From Gemmatimonadota bacterium (lineage in GTDB: Bacteria; Gemmatimonadota; Gemmatimonadetes; Palauibacterales; Palauibacteraceae): DNA of 64,000 nucleotides. A program made the position numbers and the translations under genes. The notes beneath the pieces are model-generated. The model did no database searches. It was not told the origin of the DNA and saw only the letters and a program-made list of their open reading frames with translations. Location: positions 1 to 64,000 of the forward strand of contig JBHIAV010000010.1 in assembly GCA_046758745.1 (NCBI GenBank), in the 5' to 3' direction. This document shows positions 42,277 through 51,033 of the stretch, piece by piece (position 1 is the stretch's first letter; each line of letters starts with the position of its first letter).

Positions 42277-42338
42277 TTGAAATTGTTGAAATTATAGTTC
42301 AAGCCTTGAAGAATATCCTTCAATCGCTTCGATTTCAA
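42277..42338 (-). promoter_or_regulatory. AT-rich rpsO promoter with TATAAT inside a TTGAA/TTCAA palindrome array
   Basis: Minus-strand TATAAT at 42291-42296; six TTGAA/TTCAA pentamers within 62 bp. Confidence 0.65.
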
Positions 42339-43321
42339 GCTCCATGCCGCCGGAAAGCTCCATCTTCTGACGACTCCCGCTCGGCGAAGAACGCTCGGGC
42401 CCGCTGGCGGTCCTCCTGCATCTGGCGGACAAGCTCCGCCGAGCCGGCGAACGGCAGCACCTCCCGCAGACGAGCCAAGAACTCGACTCGAACCGTCTCG
42501 CCGTAGATCTCCCGATCGAACTCCAGTATGTACAGTTCCACCGAGGGCGGCGAGCCGGCGAAGGTCGGACGAGGACCCAGGTGCAGAAGCGCGTCCCGGA
42601 TCTCGGTACGCAGGGAGGCCCGGACAGCGTAGATGCCGGCCCGGGGGAGGAGCTTGCCCCCCTCCGGCGGCCGCAGGTTGGCGGTCGGGAAACCAAGCCG
42701 CCGCCCGCGGCCGAGTCCATGCACGACCGGACTGCGAAAAGAATACGGCCTGCCGAGAGCGCGGCGCGCGCCCTCTACATCGCCCTCCAGCAGCATGCGG
42801 CGAATGCCGCTGGACGAGATCGGCTCGCTCTCGGAGTTCGCGCAAACCGCTTCCACGACGTCCACCTCGAATCCGAGGGCGCTGCCCAGTCGGCGAAGAG
42901 TGTGAATGTCGCCGGTGCGTCTTCGGCCAAAGCCGTGGTCGTAGCCGATCACGAGCTCCCTGACCCGGAAGCGACGCACCAGAACGAGCCGCACGAACTC
43001 CTCTGGCGTGTAAAGCGACAGCGCCCGCGTGAACGGCAGAAACGCAGCGTAGTCGAGCCCGGATTGGCCGAGAATCTCCTTCTTCTCGTCCATCGTGGTG
43101 AGGAGCGGCGGCGCCTCTTCCGCACGCAGCACGGTGAGCGGATGCCGATCGAAGGTGACGAGGACGCTGCGCAGCCGACGGCTCTCCGCCCGTCGCGCGA
43201 TCTCCTGCAGCACGGCCCAGTGTCCGAGGTGGATTCCGTCGAAGGTTCCGACCGTGACGACGGTCCCCGGAACGTCCGGCGGAAGTCCGCTGTCGGCATA
43301 GCTCCGGAACTCAGCGTTCAT
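42335..43321 (-). CDS. ribF: Bifunctional riboflavin kinase/FAD synthetase
   Basis: GTFDGIHLGH, GYDHGFG, ISSSGIR, GRRLGFPTANL, GPRPTF. Confidence 0.95.
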   Translation of the reverse strand: MNAEFRSYADSGLPPDVPGTVVTVGTFDGIHLGHWAVLQEIARRAESRRLRSVLVTFDRHPLTVLRAEEAPPLLTTMDEKKEILGQSGLDYAAFLPFTRALSLYTPEEFVRLVLVRRFRVRELVIGYDHGFGRRRTGDIHTLRRLGSALGFEVDVVEAVCANSESEPISSSGIRRMLLEGDVEGARRALGRPYSFRSPVVHGLGRGRRLGFPTANLRPPEGGKLLPRAGIYAVRASLRTEIRDALLHLGPRPTFAGSPPSVELYILEFDREIYGETVRVEFLARLREVLPFAGSAELVRQMQEDRQRARAFFAERESSEDGAFRRHGA

Positions 43322-44249
43322 GGAAGATCTTGAGGGGCCGGAGGAGAGAACCATCCCGGCTGGCCACTCCGAGGAGGCGTCCCTCGGAAAGGAGCCGCAC
43401 CGGGGGAGGATCCGCTCCATCGCCAGCGAGCACCTCGCATCGGATCTCGGGAGGGCGGAGCTCGCCGAGCGAGACACTTCCTCCGTTGGCGGCCCGCTCC
43501 GCCTCCTCGCCGGCCAGCTCCCGCGACGGGAGCCAGGACAGCGCCCTCGACGGGGAGAGGCGGGCGCCGGAAGGAATCGTCGCGGCCTCGAGCTCCCCCG
43601 CCCGCGCCGCGCTGTCCACCCGAAACGGCCCGATCGACGTCCGGCGTAGCGCGCTCAGGTAAGCTCCGCAGCCGAGGCGCCGGCCGATGTCGCGCGCCAG
43701 GGAGCGCACGTACGTGCCGGTGGAAGCAACGATCCGCAACCTCGCTGCCGGCGGCGCGAACTCCAACAGGTCGAGCGATCGAACCAGGACGGCCCGCTCC
43801 GCCAGGAAGAGAGGCTCTCCGGCCCGTGCCAGCTCGTGGGCCCGTCTGCCGCCGACCCGCACGGCGGAATAGGCCGGCGGGCGTTGCTGCTGCACACCAG
43901 TGTGTTCGGCCAGCACCTCCCGCAGGTGGCTCTCCCCGACCCGACGCCACCCGTTCCCGCTCGCGACGACCTCTCCCATCCGATCGTGCGTCGTCGTCTC
44001 CGTGCCGAGCATGAGCTCGGCATCGTAGGCCTTGGGGAGCGGTTGAAAGAACTCGACGAGCCGTGTTGCGCTGCCTACGCACAGGAGGAGCAGACCGCTG
44101 GCGAACGGATCGAGCGTGCCCGTGTGTCCGATGCGACGGGTCGCGAGGGCTCGACGCGCCCGCTGCACGACGTCGTGCGACGTAGGCCCCTCCGGCTTGT
44201 CCACCAGGAGGACGCAGGGCGCGAGTGGATCAACCGGCGTCCCGCTCAT
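43311..44249 (-). CDS. truB: tRNA pseudouridine(55) synthase
   Basis: DKPEGPTSHDVV, GHTGTLDPFASGLL, PPAYSA, STGTYVRSLARDIG, LRRTSIGPF. Confidence 0.96.
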   Translation of the reverse strand: MSGTPVDPLAPCVLLVDKPEGPTSHDVVQRARRALATRRIGHTGTLDPFASGLLLLCVGSATRLVEFFQPLPKAYDAELMLGTETTTHDRMGEVVASGNGWRRVGESHLREVLAEHTGVQQQRPPAYSAVRVGGRRAHELARAGEPLFLAERAVLVRSLDLLEFAPPAARLRIVASTGTYVRSLARDIGRRLGCGAYLSALRRTSIGPFRVDSAARAGELEAATIPSGARLSPSRALSWLPSRELAGEEAERAANGGSVSLGELRPPEIRCEVLAGDGADPPPVRLLSEGRLLGVASRDGSLLRPLKIFHER

Positions 44250-44604
44250 CGGGGTCCGTGGAGCCGAGCGCCTCTCCGAGCAGCGTCTCGATCCGTCGGG
44301 CGTGCTCGATGGTGCGATCTTCCTCGAACCTGAGCTCCGGGATGCGTCGGAGACGAAGCTCCCGCCCCAGTCGCCGCCTGATGAATCCCTCTGCGCGCTC
44401 CAGCCCCCGCACCGCATCCGCCACGGGCGTCTCGCCGCCGAGGGTGCGCACGTACACGGTCGCGTACATCAGGTCCACGGAGGTACGTACGCCGGTCACG
44501 GTAACCGAGCCGACCCGCGGGTCCTTGATCTCCCTCCGAATGAGGCGCGACAACTCCTGCCGGAGGAGCTCGTTCAGTCTCTCGACCCGCCTCCGACCGG
44601 CCAT
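44230..44604 (-). CDS. rbfA: Ribosome-binding factor A
   Basis: RVERLNELL, IKDPRV, GFIRRRLG, LRRIPELRF; between infB and truB. Confidence 0.95.
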   Translation of the reverse strand: MAGRRRVERLNELLRQELSRLIRREIKDPRVGSVTVTGVRTSVDLMYATVYVRTLGGETPVADAVRGLERAEGFIRRRLGRELRLRRIPELRFEEDRTIEHARRIETLLGEALGSTDPDERDAG

Positions 44605-44654
44605 CGTGGCTCACTCCCCCCGGCCGCGGCGCAGACCGCCGGCCCGCCGCCGAA

Positions 44655-44942
44655 TCACAGGAAGACCCTCTCTCGCTCGACCACCGTGGCCCGCGGCTCC
44701 GAGGCGACGACGCGATCCAGACGGGTGAGGATGGAGTCCGCGAGCGTACGATCGGATGTAACGATCACCGCGCACAGCTCGGCCATCTTGCGGTGGTTCT
44801 GGAAGTTCGTCTCGGCCGCCGAGACGCGGAAGCGGGCCTGCAGCCGGTCGCGCAGGCCATGCACCACCTGCCGTTTCGTCTTCAGAGATCGACTGGCCGG
44901 CAGGTGCAGGACCCAGCGGGACAGCGCTACGACCGCAGCCAT
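44655..44942 (-). CDS. DUF503 (YlxP-like) protein
   Basis: LHLPASRSLKTKRQVV, RFRVSAAE; usual position after infB. Confidence 0.85.
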   Translation of the reverse strand: MAAVVALSRWVLHLPASRSLKTKRQVVHGLRDRLQARFRVSAAETNFQNHRKMAELCAVIVTSDRTLADSILTRLDRVVASEPRATVVERERVFL

Positions 44943-44997
44943 CGACCCGAGACGGCTTCGCTACCGACTCGGGGATAGGGGCCCCACCCCACCGGGC

Positions 44998-47610
44998 TCA
45001 CTCCGACGCGCTGCTCTCCGCGAGCGAGCGGGCGACCTCCTCGACACGGTAGCACTCGATCATATCGCCGACCTTGATGTCGTTGTAGCCTTCGATCGAG
45101 ATCCCGCACTCGTATCCCTCCCTCACCTCGCGCACATCGTCCTTGAAGCGTCGCAGGCTCTCGATCCTCCCGTCGTATACCTGCACATGCTCTCGGAGCA
45201 GGCGGACCGGAAGGCTGCGGCGGATCGTCCCGGAGACCACATAGCACCCCGCGACGGTACCCACTTTCGGTACGCGGAAGAGCTGACGCACCTCCGCCGC
45301 TCCCTCCGTCACCTCTCGCTCCTCCGGCTCCAGCAGCCCCTCGAGCGCCAGCCGGACGTCTTCCACCGCCTCGTAGATGACGCTGTAAGTCCGGATCTCC
45401 ACCTCCTCCCGCTCGGCGGCGGATCGAGCCTTGACATCCGGACGCACGTGGAATCCGATGATCGAGGCCGCGCTGGCGCTGGCGAGGAGCACATCGGACT
45501 CGTTGACCGCGCCCACTCCCCGATGGACGACCTCCACCCTCACCTCGTCCGTGCTCAGTCGCTCCAGGGCATCGGCCAGGGCCTGAACGGAGCCGTCCGT
45601 GTCGCCCTTGATGACGAGGCCCAGGCGCGCCTGCCGGCCCGACCGAATCCGCTCGAAAACGTCCTCCAGTCGCACTCCCTTCGACCGGCGACGGATCTCC
45701 TTGGCGCGCTCGAGCTGTTGGCGCCGCAGGGCGACTTCCCTTACACGCGCCGCGTCCATTACCACGAGGGTGTCCCCGGCCTGAGGCACGCCCTCGATGC
45801 CGAGGATGCGAACGGGAGTCGACGGACCGGCCGAACCGACGTTCTTCCCACGCTCGTCGAGAAGGGCACGTACCCGACCACCGTACAGACCGCACAGGAA
45901 GTCATCTCCGACCCGGAGCGTGCCGTTCTGCACCAGCACGGTGGCCACCGGTCCCATTCCACGGTCCAGCTCCGCCTCGACCACGGTTCCGCGGGCCGGC
46001 GTATTCGGGGACGCCTCAAGCTCGAGCAGCTCCGCCTGTAGGAGGACCTTCTCGAGCAGCTCGTCCACCCCCTCCCCCGTCTTCGCCGACACGGGGGCCG
46101 AGAGGACTTCTCCCCCGAACTTCTCCAGCACCACATCGTGCGCGAGGAGGTCGCGCTGTACCTTCGGGACATCGGCGCTGGGGAGGTCGATCTTGTTGAT
46201 CGCCACGACGATCGGTACGCCGGCGTTACGCGCGTGGCTGATCGCCTCGACCGTCTGGGGCATCACCGCGTCATCCGCGGCCACCACCAGAACCACCACG
46301 TCCGTGAGCTCGGCGCCCCGAGCCCTCATCGCGGTGAACGCCTCGTGTCCCGGCGTGTCCAGGAAGGTGACCGACCGCCCGTCTCCCAGCTCCACATGGT
46401 AGGCACCGATGTGCTGCGTGATGCCGCCCGCTTCCCCGGCGATGACGTTCGTCTTCCGAATGTGATCGAGAAGCGACGTCTTACCGTGGTCGACGTGGCC
46501 CATCACGGTGACCACGGGTGCCCGGGGCGCGTGGTCCGCCTCGCTCACCGGTTGCTCGGCGAGCTCGGGGAGGTCCGCCTCGTAGGCATCTTCACGGATC
46601 GCCTCGAAACCGAACTCCTCGCAGATGAGCTCGATCTGGTCGAAATCGAGGCGTTGGTTGATGGTGACCATCAGCCCCAGATTCTTGAAGGCCGACGTGA
46701 TGATCTGCTGCGGCGACAGCTCGATGAGGTCGGCGAGCTCCGCCACGGTGAGGAACTCGTTGACCCGCACCAGGGCCCTTTCCTTCTCGGCCGCCGCCTC
46801 ACGGAGCTCACGTTCGACCTCCTGCTGGGAGGGACCCGTGTCCCGGCGCCGCTTCTTCCCGCCCCCCTCGATGACGGCGAGGGTCTTCTTCACGCTCTCC
46901 TGGACGGACGCTTGGTCCACCCGGCGCTGTCGCTTCTTCTCACGCCGGGCGCGTCGGCGACCGTCGACCGTGTATCCTTCCGCCTGGATCCTGACCGTTC
47001 CACCCGGCGCGGCGGACGCGGCGGGAGCGGGAGGGAGGCTACGGCGCACGGGCTTCGGCTTTCGTCGAGCCCGGCGCTCGTCGACCGGAGCGCCCGCCTC
47101 CTCCCCTGCAGGGGCCTCGGGAGGCACGGGCTCTGCAGGCTCGTCCACCTCGGCCTGGGGCGCCTGCGCCGCGACTTCCTCCACCGCCGACGCCTCCGGC
47201 AAGGCCATCTCCTCCTCGGGCGGGGGCGACGGAGGCACAACCGACTCCTCGGGAGGGGCCTCGGCGACGACGGCCTCGGGGGCAGCAGCGGCGATCTCCG
47301 ACGCATCGGAGGGAGTCTCGGCCCTCGCCTCCCCCTCAGCCGCTTCCGTCTCGGCTTCCGCGATTACCTGCGGCTTGGCCTGGCGGCGGCGACGCCGGCG
47401 TGTGGCGGTGGCCGTGGGCGGCTCAGAGGGCGAATCTCCTCCACCCCGGCGCTCTCTCTCCAGGCGGGCGTGCAGGCGGGCGATCTGTGCGTCGTCCACC
47501 GTGGACATGTGGCTCCGCACCCGCACATCCATCTGATGCAGCATCTGGATGAGCTGCTTGGTTTCGATCCCGAGCTCTTCCGCGACCTCGTATACGCGGT
47601 ATTTCGTCAA
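44998..47610 (-). CDS. infB: Translation initiation factor IF-2
   Basis: RVYEVAEEL N-domain, GHVDHGKTS, GGITQHIGAY, DTPGHEAF, NKID, EGYECGI. TTG start behind GGAGG. Confidence 0.97.
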   Translation of the reverse strand: MTKYRVYEVAEELGIETKQLIQMLHQMDVRVRSHMSTVDDAQIARLHARLERERRGGGDSPSEPPTATATRRRRRRQAKPQVIAEAETEAAEGEARAETPSDASEIAAAAPEAVVAEAPPEESVVPPSPPPEEEMALPEASAVEEVAAQAPQAEVDEPAEPVPPEAPAGEEAGAPVDERRARRKPKPVRRSLPPAPAASAAPGGTVRIQAEGYTVDGRRRARREKKRQRRVDQASVQESVKKTLAVIEGGGKKRRRDTGPSQQEVERELREAAAEKERALVRVNEFLTVAELADLIELSPQQIITSAFKNLGLMVTINQRLDFDQIELICEEFGFEAIREDAYEADLPELAEQPVSEADHAPRAPVVTVMGHVDHGKTSLLDHIRKTNVIAGEAGGITQHIGAYHVELGDGRSVTFLDTPGHEAFTAMRARGAELTDVVVLVVAADDAVMPQTVEAISHARNAGVPIVVAINKIDLPSADVPKVQRDLLAHDVVLEKFGGEVLSAPVSAKTGEGVDELLEKVLLQAELLELEASPNTPARGTVVEAELDRGMGPVATVLVQNGTLRVGDDFLCGLYGGRVRALLDERGKNVGSAGPSTPVRILGIEGVPQAGDTLVVMDAARVREVALRRQQLERAKEIRRRSKGVRLEDVFERIRSGRQARLGLVIKGDTDGSVQALADALERLSTDEVRVEVVHRGVGAVNESDVLLASASAASIIGFHVRPDVKARSAAEREEVEIRTYSVIYEAVEDVRLALEGLLEPEEREVTEGAAEVRQLFRVPKVGTVAGCYVVSGTIRRSLPVRLLREHVQVYDGRIESLRRFKDDVREVREGYECGISIEGYNDIKVGDMIECYRVEEVARSLAESSASE

Positions 47611-47643
47611 GCCTACCCTCCTGACCGCCTGCTCCCCGCCGGT

Positions 47644-47970
47644 TCACCCGGCGGCTGCTTCGCACCCCAGAGAAGCCAGCGCCTGACCGGCCAGCGCCCG
47701 ATCGGTGATCCCGACCACCGCGGTCGGGCCGCGGCCGCACGCCCCGCCGAGAGCGTCCTTGGTCCCGCAGAGGACGACCGGAACGCCGCGAGCGTCCAGG
47801 AGCGAGCGAACTCGCTCGCCGGCGTTGTCACTCGCGTCCCGCGCGATCAGCGCGGCCGCGAGCCTTCCGCCGCGCGCCGCTCCGCGCACGGAGCGGGTCC
47901 CGACCGCCACCCGACCCGCCCGCTGGGCCAGGCCGAGGATCCGGAGGGCGCGCCGCTCACGCTCAGCCAG
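47644..47970 (-). CDS. L7Ae/L30e-family RNA-binding protein (YlxQ-like)
   Basis: The frame extends upstream of the track's GTG as LAERERRALRILGLAQRAGRVAVG, the typical L7Ae start; also ARDASDN, LGGACGR, VVGITD. Likely CTG start at 47970 overlapping the nusA stop. Confidence 0.8.
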   Translation of the reverse strand: MAERERRALRILGLAQRAGRVAVGTRSVRGAARGGRLAAALIARDASDNAGERVRSLLDARGVPVVLCGTKDALGGACGRGPTAVVGITDRALAGQALASLGCEAAAG

Positions 47971-49480
47971 CCGCCCGCTCGTCGCCGTCCTCCTCGCCGG
48001 AGTCTTCCGGGCCCGGGGGCGGTCCGTCCGGCTCCTCCGCCCCTTCGGGCGGGGCGGGATTCGCCCCCACCGCGATGGCTTCGCCGGGCAGCTCCGCCTC
48101 CTCGGCGGCCCCGGCCGCCTGCGCCTCGACCGGCTCGCCGGGCTCCGCCGCAGCGACCGTCTCCACGGGCTCGCCCGCGCTCTCCGCCGCGGATGCCTCG
48201 GCTACCGTCAGCTCCTCGACGATCGCCACGAGCGAGTTCGCCTCCTCCTCCGCGATGCCCGGCACACCGAGGAAGTCTTCCTTCTCCATGTCGAGCACGT
48301 CGAAGAAGGTGGAGATGCCGGCCGCTTCCAGAGCGGCCAGCGTCGCGGGAGCGATCCCGGCGAGCTCGGAGAGCGGGAAGTCAACCACCTCGTACTCCTC
48401 GGTCCCTCCGAAGAGCACCGTCTCGGCCCCGCGCGCCATCCAATCCTTGCTGGAGTACAGATCGATCTGCCACCCGATGAGCTGAGACGCGAGCCGCACG
48501 TTCTGGCCGTTGCGTCCGATCGCCAGGGAGAGCTGGTCCTCGTCCACGATCGCGGTGATGACATGGCGCTCCGAGTTCGAGATGACCTTCGCCACCTTGG
48601 CCGGAGCGAGGGCGCGCCGTGCGAAGATCTCGGGATCCGGGTGCCACGGGACGATGTCGATCCGCTCTCCGCTCAGCTCGGAGACGACCGCCTGCACCCG
48701 GGAGCCCTTGAGTCCCACGCAGGCGCCGACCGGATCGACCGAGTCGTCGCGAGACGAGACGGCGATCTTGGTCCGACCTCCGGCCTCGCGCACGATCTCG
48801 CGGATCTCCACGATCCCCTGGTAGATCTCCGGCACCTCAAGCGCGAAGAGCGCCTTGACGAACAGCGGGTCTGCACGGGAGAGGATGAGGCGCGGTCCGC
48901 GAGGGCTCTCCTCAAGCTTCTTCAGCACCGCGCGGATCGGCTCGCCCTGCCGGAACCGCTCGCGAGGGTTCTGCTCGCGCCACGGGATTACCGCCTCGGC
49001 CTCCCGGGAGCGGTTCAGCATCACGACGAGCTTGCCCCGCTCGATCTGCTGCACCTCGCCCGACACCAGCTCGCCGACCCGATCGCTGAACTCCTCGCGG
49101 ATCCGATCTCGCTCTCCCTCTCGAACCCGCTGGATGATCCGCTGCTTGGCGGCCATGACCGCGTTTCGGCCGAAGTCGGCGAAATCCACCGGGATCTCGA
49201 TCAGGTCGCCGACCTGGAAGTCGGGATCGTCCCACCGGGCTTCCTCCAGGCTGATCTGCCTGGCCGGGTCCTCCACCGTCTCCACGACCTCCTTGAGGAC
49301 GACGATCTTGATATCGCCGGCCGGTAGGATTTCGATCTCCGCCTCCACCGGTCCTCCGAACCGCCGAGCGAGAGCCGCGTGGATCCCGTCGCGGATCAGC
49401 TCGTGCAACTCCTCGTCCGACAGCGACTTGTTCGCCGTCATGACGCGAAACGCCTCTACGACCGGTATCTGATCGCTCAT
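47963..49480 (-). CDS. nusA: Transcription termination/antitermination factor NusA
   Basis: FGRNAVMAAKQ, S1 domain, REAGGRTKIAV, DPVGACVG, SLAIGRNGQNVRLAS, acidic C-terminal extension. Confidence 0.97.
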   Translation of the reverse strand: MSDQIPVVEAFRVMTANKSLSDEELHELIRDGIHAALARRFGGPVEAEIEILPAGDIKIVVLKEVVETVEDPARQISLEEARWDDPDFQVGDLIEIPVDFADFGRNAVMAAKQRIIQRVREGERDRIREEFSDRVGELVSGEVQQIERGKLVVMLNRSREAEAVIPWREQNPRERFRQGEPIRAVLKKLEESPRGPRLILSRADPLFVKALFALEVPEIYQGIVEIREIVREAGGRTKIAVSSRDDSVDPVGACVGLKGSRVQAVVSELSGERIDIVPWHPDPEIFARRALAPAKVAKVISNSERHVITAIVDEDQLSLAIGRNGQNVRLASQLIGWQIDLYSSKDWMARGAETVLFGGTEEYEVVDFPLSELAGIAPATLAALEAAGISTFFDVLDMEKEDFLGVPGIAEEEANSLVAIVEELTVAEASAAESAGEPVETVAAAEPGEPVEAQAAGAAEEAELPGEAIAVGANPAPPEGAEEPDGPPPGPEDSGEEDGDERAAG

Positions 49481-49538
49481 CTCTGTCGCATCCGCACCTA
49501 TGACCGGAGCCTTCGCTTCCGACCCCACGGATCGGACT

Positions 49539-50036
49539 CTACAGGTCGTCCTCGCACCGGTATACGAGTTCCGCCCGGGCGATGGAGGAGAGCGGCACGC
49601 CGATTCGCTCTCCTTCCACCTCCAGCTCCACCACCTGTCCCCCGTCGTCCTCGGCTCCGCGCAGCCCGAGAAGCACGGCCTCCAGCTGCCGGCTTCCGCC
49701 GGCGAGGGGGCCGTATCCCCTCACGCGCACCCGCTGCCCGGCGAACCGCTCGTAGTCACGGGCCCGAACCAGCGGTCGCTCCACGCCGGGCGAGGAGACC
49801 TCGAGGATGTAGTCCGGATCGCCATCCGGGCGGCTATCCAGATACTCTCGCACCGCTCTGCTCACCCGAGCGCAGTCCTCCACGGTCACGGAGGAGCGGC
49901 CCGGCCGGCCGCCGGGACGATCCATCCGCAGCCGGAGGAGCGGCCGCCTGCGGCCGCCGCCTCGCTCGAGCGTCACCAGCTCGAATCCCAGGCGGGCCAC
50001 CAGCTCCTCCAGCTCCGCCTCCAGACCCGACGGCAT
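49539..50036 (-). CDS. rimP: Ribosome maturation factor RimP
   Basis: LGFELV, VTVEDCARVSR, YILEVSSPGVERPL, IARAELV. Start may be 50057. Confidence 0.93.
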   Translation of the reverse strand: MPSGLEAELEELVARLGFELVTLERGGGRRRPLLRLRMDRPGGRPGRSSVTVEDCARVSRAVREYLDSRPDGDPDYILEVSSPGVERPLVRARDYERFAGQRVRVRGYGPLAGGSRQLEAVLLGLRGAEDDGGQVVELEVEGERIGVPLSSIARAELVYRCEDDL

Positions 50037-50067
50037 CGCCGTGATCCGCCTCCGCATCCGATACCCC

Positions 50068-50103
50068 AAACAAAAAAGTGGGGCCGATCGAGCTTCCCCA
50101 CTT
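50068..50103 (-). terminator. Terminator hairpin in the rimP-nusA-infB leader (attenuator)
   Basis: AAGTGGGG-12 nt-CCCCACTT followed by TTTTGTTT, between the promoter and the rimP start. Confidence 0.75.
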
Positions 50104-50163
50104 CAGGTTCGTCTGCTCTGTCGCCCGGTCGGCCAGCACCGGGGCGAAGTGTTCACGCCTTAA

Positions 50164-50192
50164 ACTATACAGCCTTCCGGCCGCTGCTGCAA
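50164..50192 (-). promoter_or_regulatory. Sigma-70 promoter of the rimP-nusA-infB operon
   Basis: TTGCAG-17 nt-TATAGT. Confidence 0.65.
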
Positions 50193-50250
50193 CTCCTTGG
50201 GAGCGGCTCGGGACCGCTCGACGCCTGCATACCAGTGCCAGGCGGAGCCC

Positions 50251-51033
50251 CTATGGAGCGCTCCGCCAGCCGAGGTAGGCCGCCATCCGCCCGGCCGATT
50301 CCCCCCTCGCACGGTGCGAGTGGAACAGGCCCGACTCGCATCGGGTGCACCACGGGGATCGGGAGATTCCCTGCCCGTCCATGCCGAGAGAGAGGGCGCG
50401 GGACGTCAGCTCGTCGCGCAGGTCCACTCGACCGCGTTCCACTCCCGGCCGCCCCATGGCCGCCAGCACCTCGCCCCCGACCTCATAGCAGCCGCCGCAG
50501 ATGGCGGGACCGAGATGGAGGAACAATCGTCCCGGTGGGGCCGCGACGCGCGTGGCGAGGAGCCAGGCGCCCGCCTCGAGGACCCCGGACGCGGTGCCTC
50601 GCCACCCCGCGTGCAGGAGGACGAGGGCCCGGCTGACCGGATCGAGGAGATAGACGGGAACACAGTCGGCGGCCGTCACTACGAGAAGCACCCCTCGGAC
50701 CTCGCACGCGAGCCCATCCCCCTCCCCCGGCGAGTGGAACCCCCGGGGCACCGGCGCTTCGACACCCACCACACGGCTCCCGTGGACCTGCCGACACACG
50801 ACGACCGATTCGAACCCGAGGCCGGCGGCCAGCGCTTCGTACCGCTGCAGGAGAAGGAGGGGTGAGGGCGCCGTTCCGAGACCAAAGTCCGCGCGGGGCG
50901 CGGCCGCCGTGATCCCGGCCGAGAGCCCCGGAAACTCTCCTTCCCACTCCGCGTTGGCGAACACCGCGAAAGGACCCACGGTCCGTTTCTCCTCACGCCG
51001 CATGCGGATCCGATCCGCCGCGAGGGCGCTCAT
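50251..51033 (-). CDS. pgeF: PgeF/YfiH-family (laccase-like domain) protein
   Basis: QVHGSRV, GDGL, TAADCVPV, LHAGWRG, LGPAICGGCYEVG, CTRC, SHRA. ATG overlaps the murA stop. Confidence 0.9.
   Translation of the reverse strand: MSALAADRIRMRREEKRTVGPFAVFANAEWEGEFPGLSAGITAAAPRADFGLGTAPSPLLLLQRYEALAAGLGFESVVVCRQVHGSRVVGVEAPVPRGFHSPGEGDGLACEVRGVLLVVTAADCVPVYLLDPVSRALVLLHAGWRGTASGVLEAGAWLLATRVAAPPGRLFLHLGPAICGGCYEVGGEVLAAMGRPGVERGRVDLRDELTSRALSLGMDGQGISRSPWCTRCESGLFHSHRARGESAGRMAAYLGWRSAP

Noticed and set aside
42276..42293. GTTGAAATT tandem resembling a CRISPR repeat end
   Set aside because: Only two abutting 9-mers, no spacers and no cas genes; treated as promoter or operator sequence.
44116..49327. 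Long plus-strand ORFs (641, 780, 540 aa) opposite infB and nusA, and similar shadows opposite clpB, guaA, pcrA and the DUF4175-like gene
   Set aside because: High-GC antisense shadows of well-supported genes, with no motifs.
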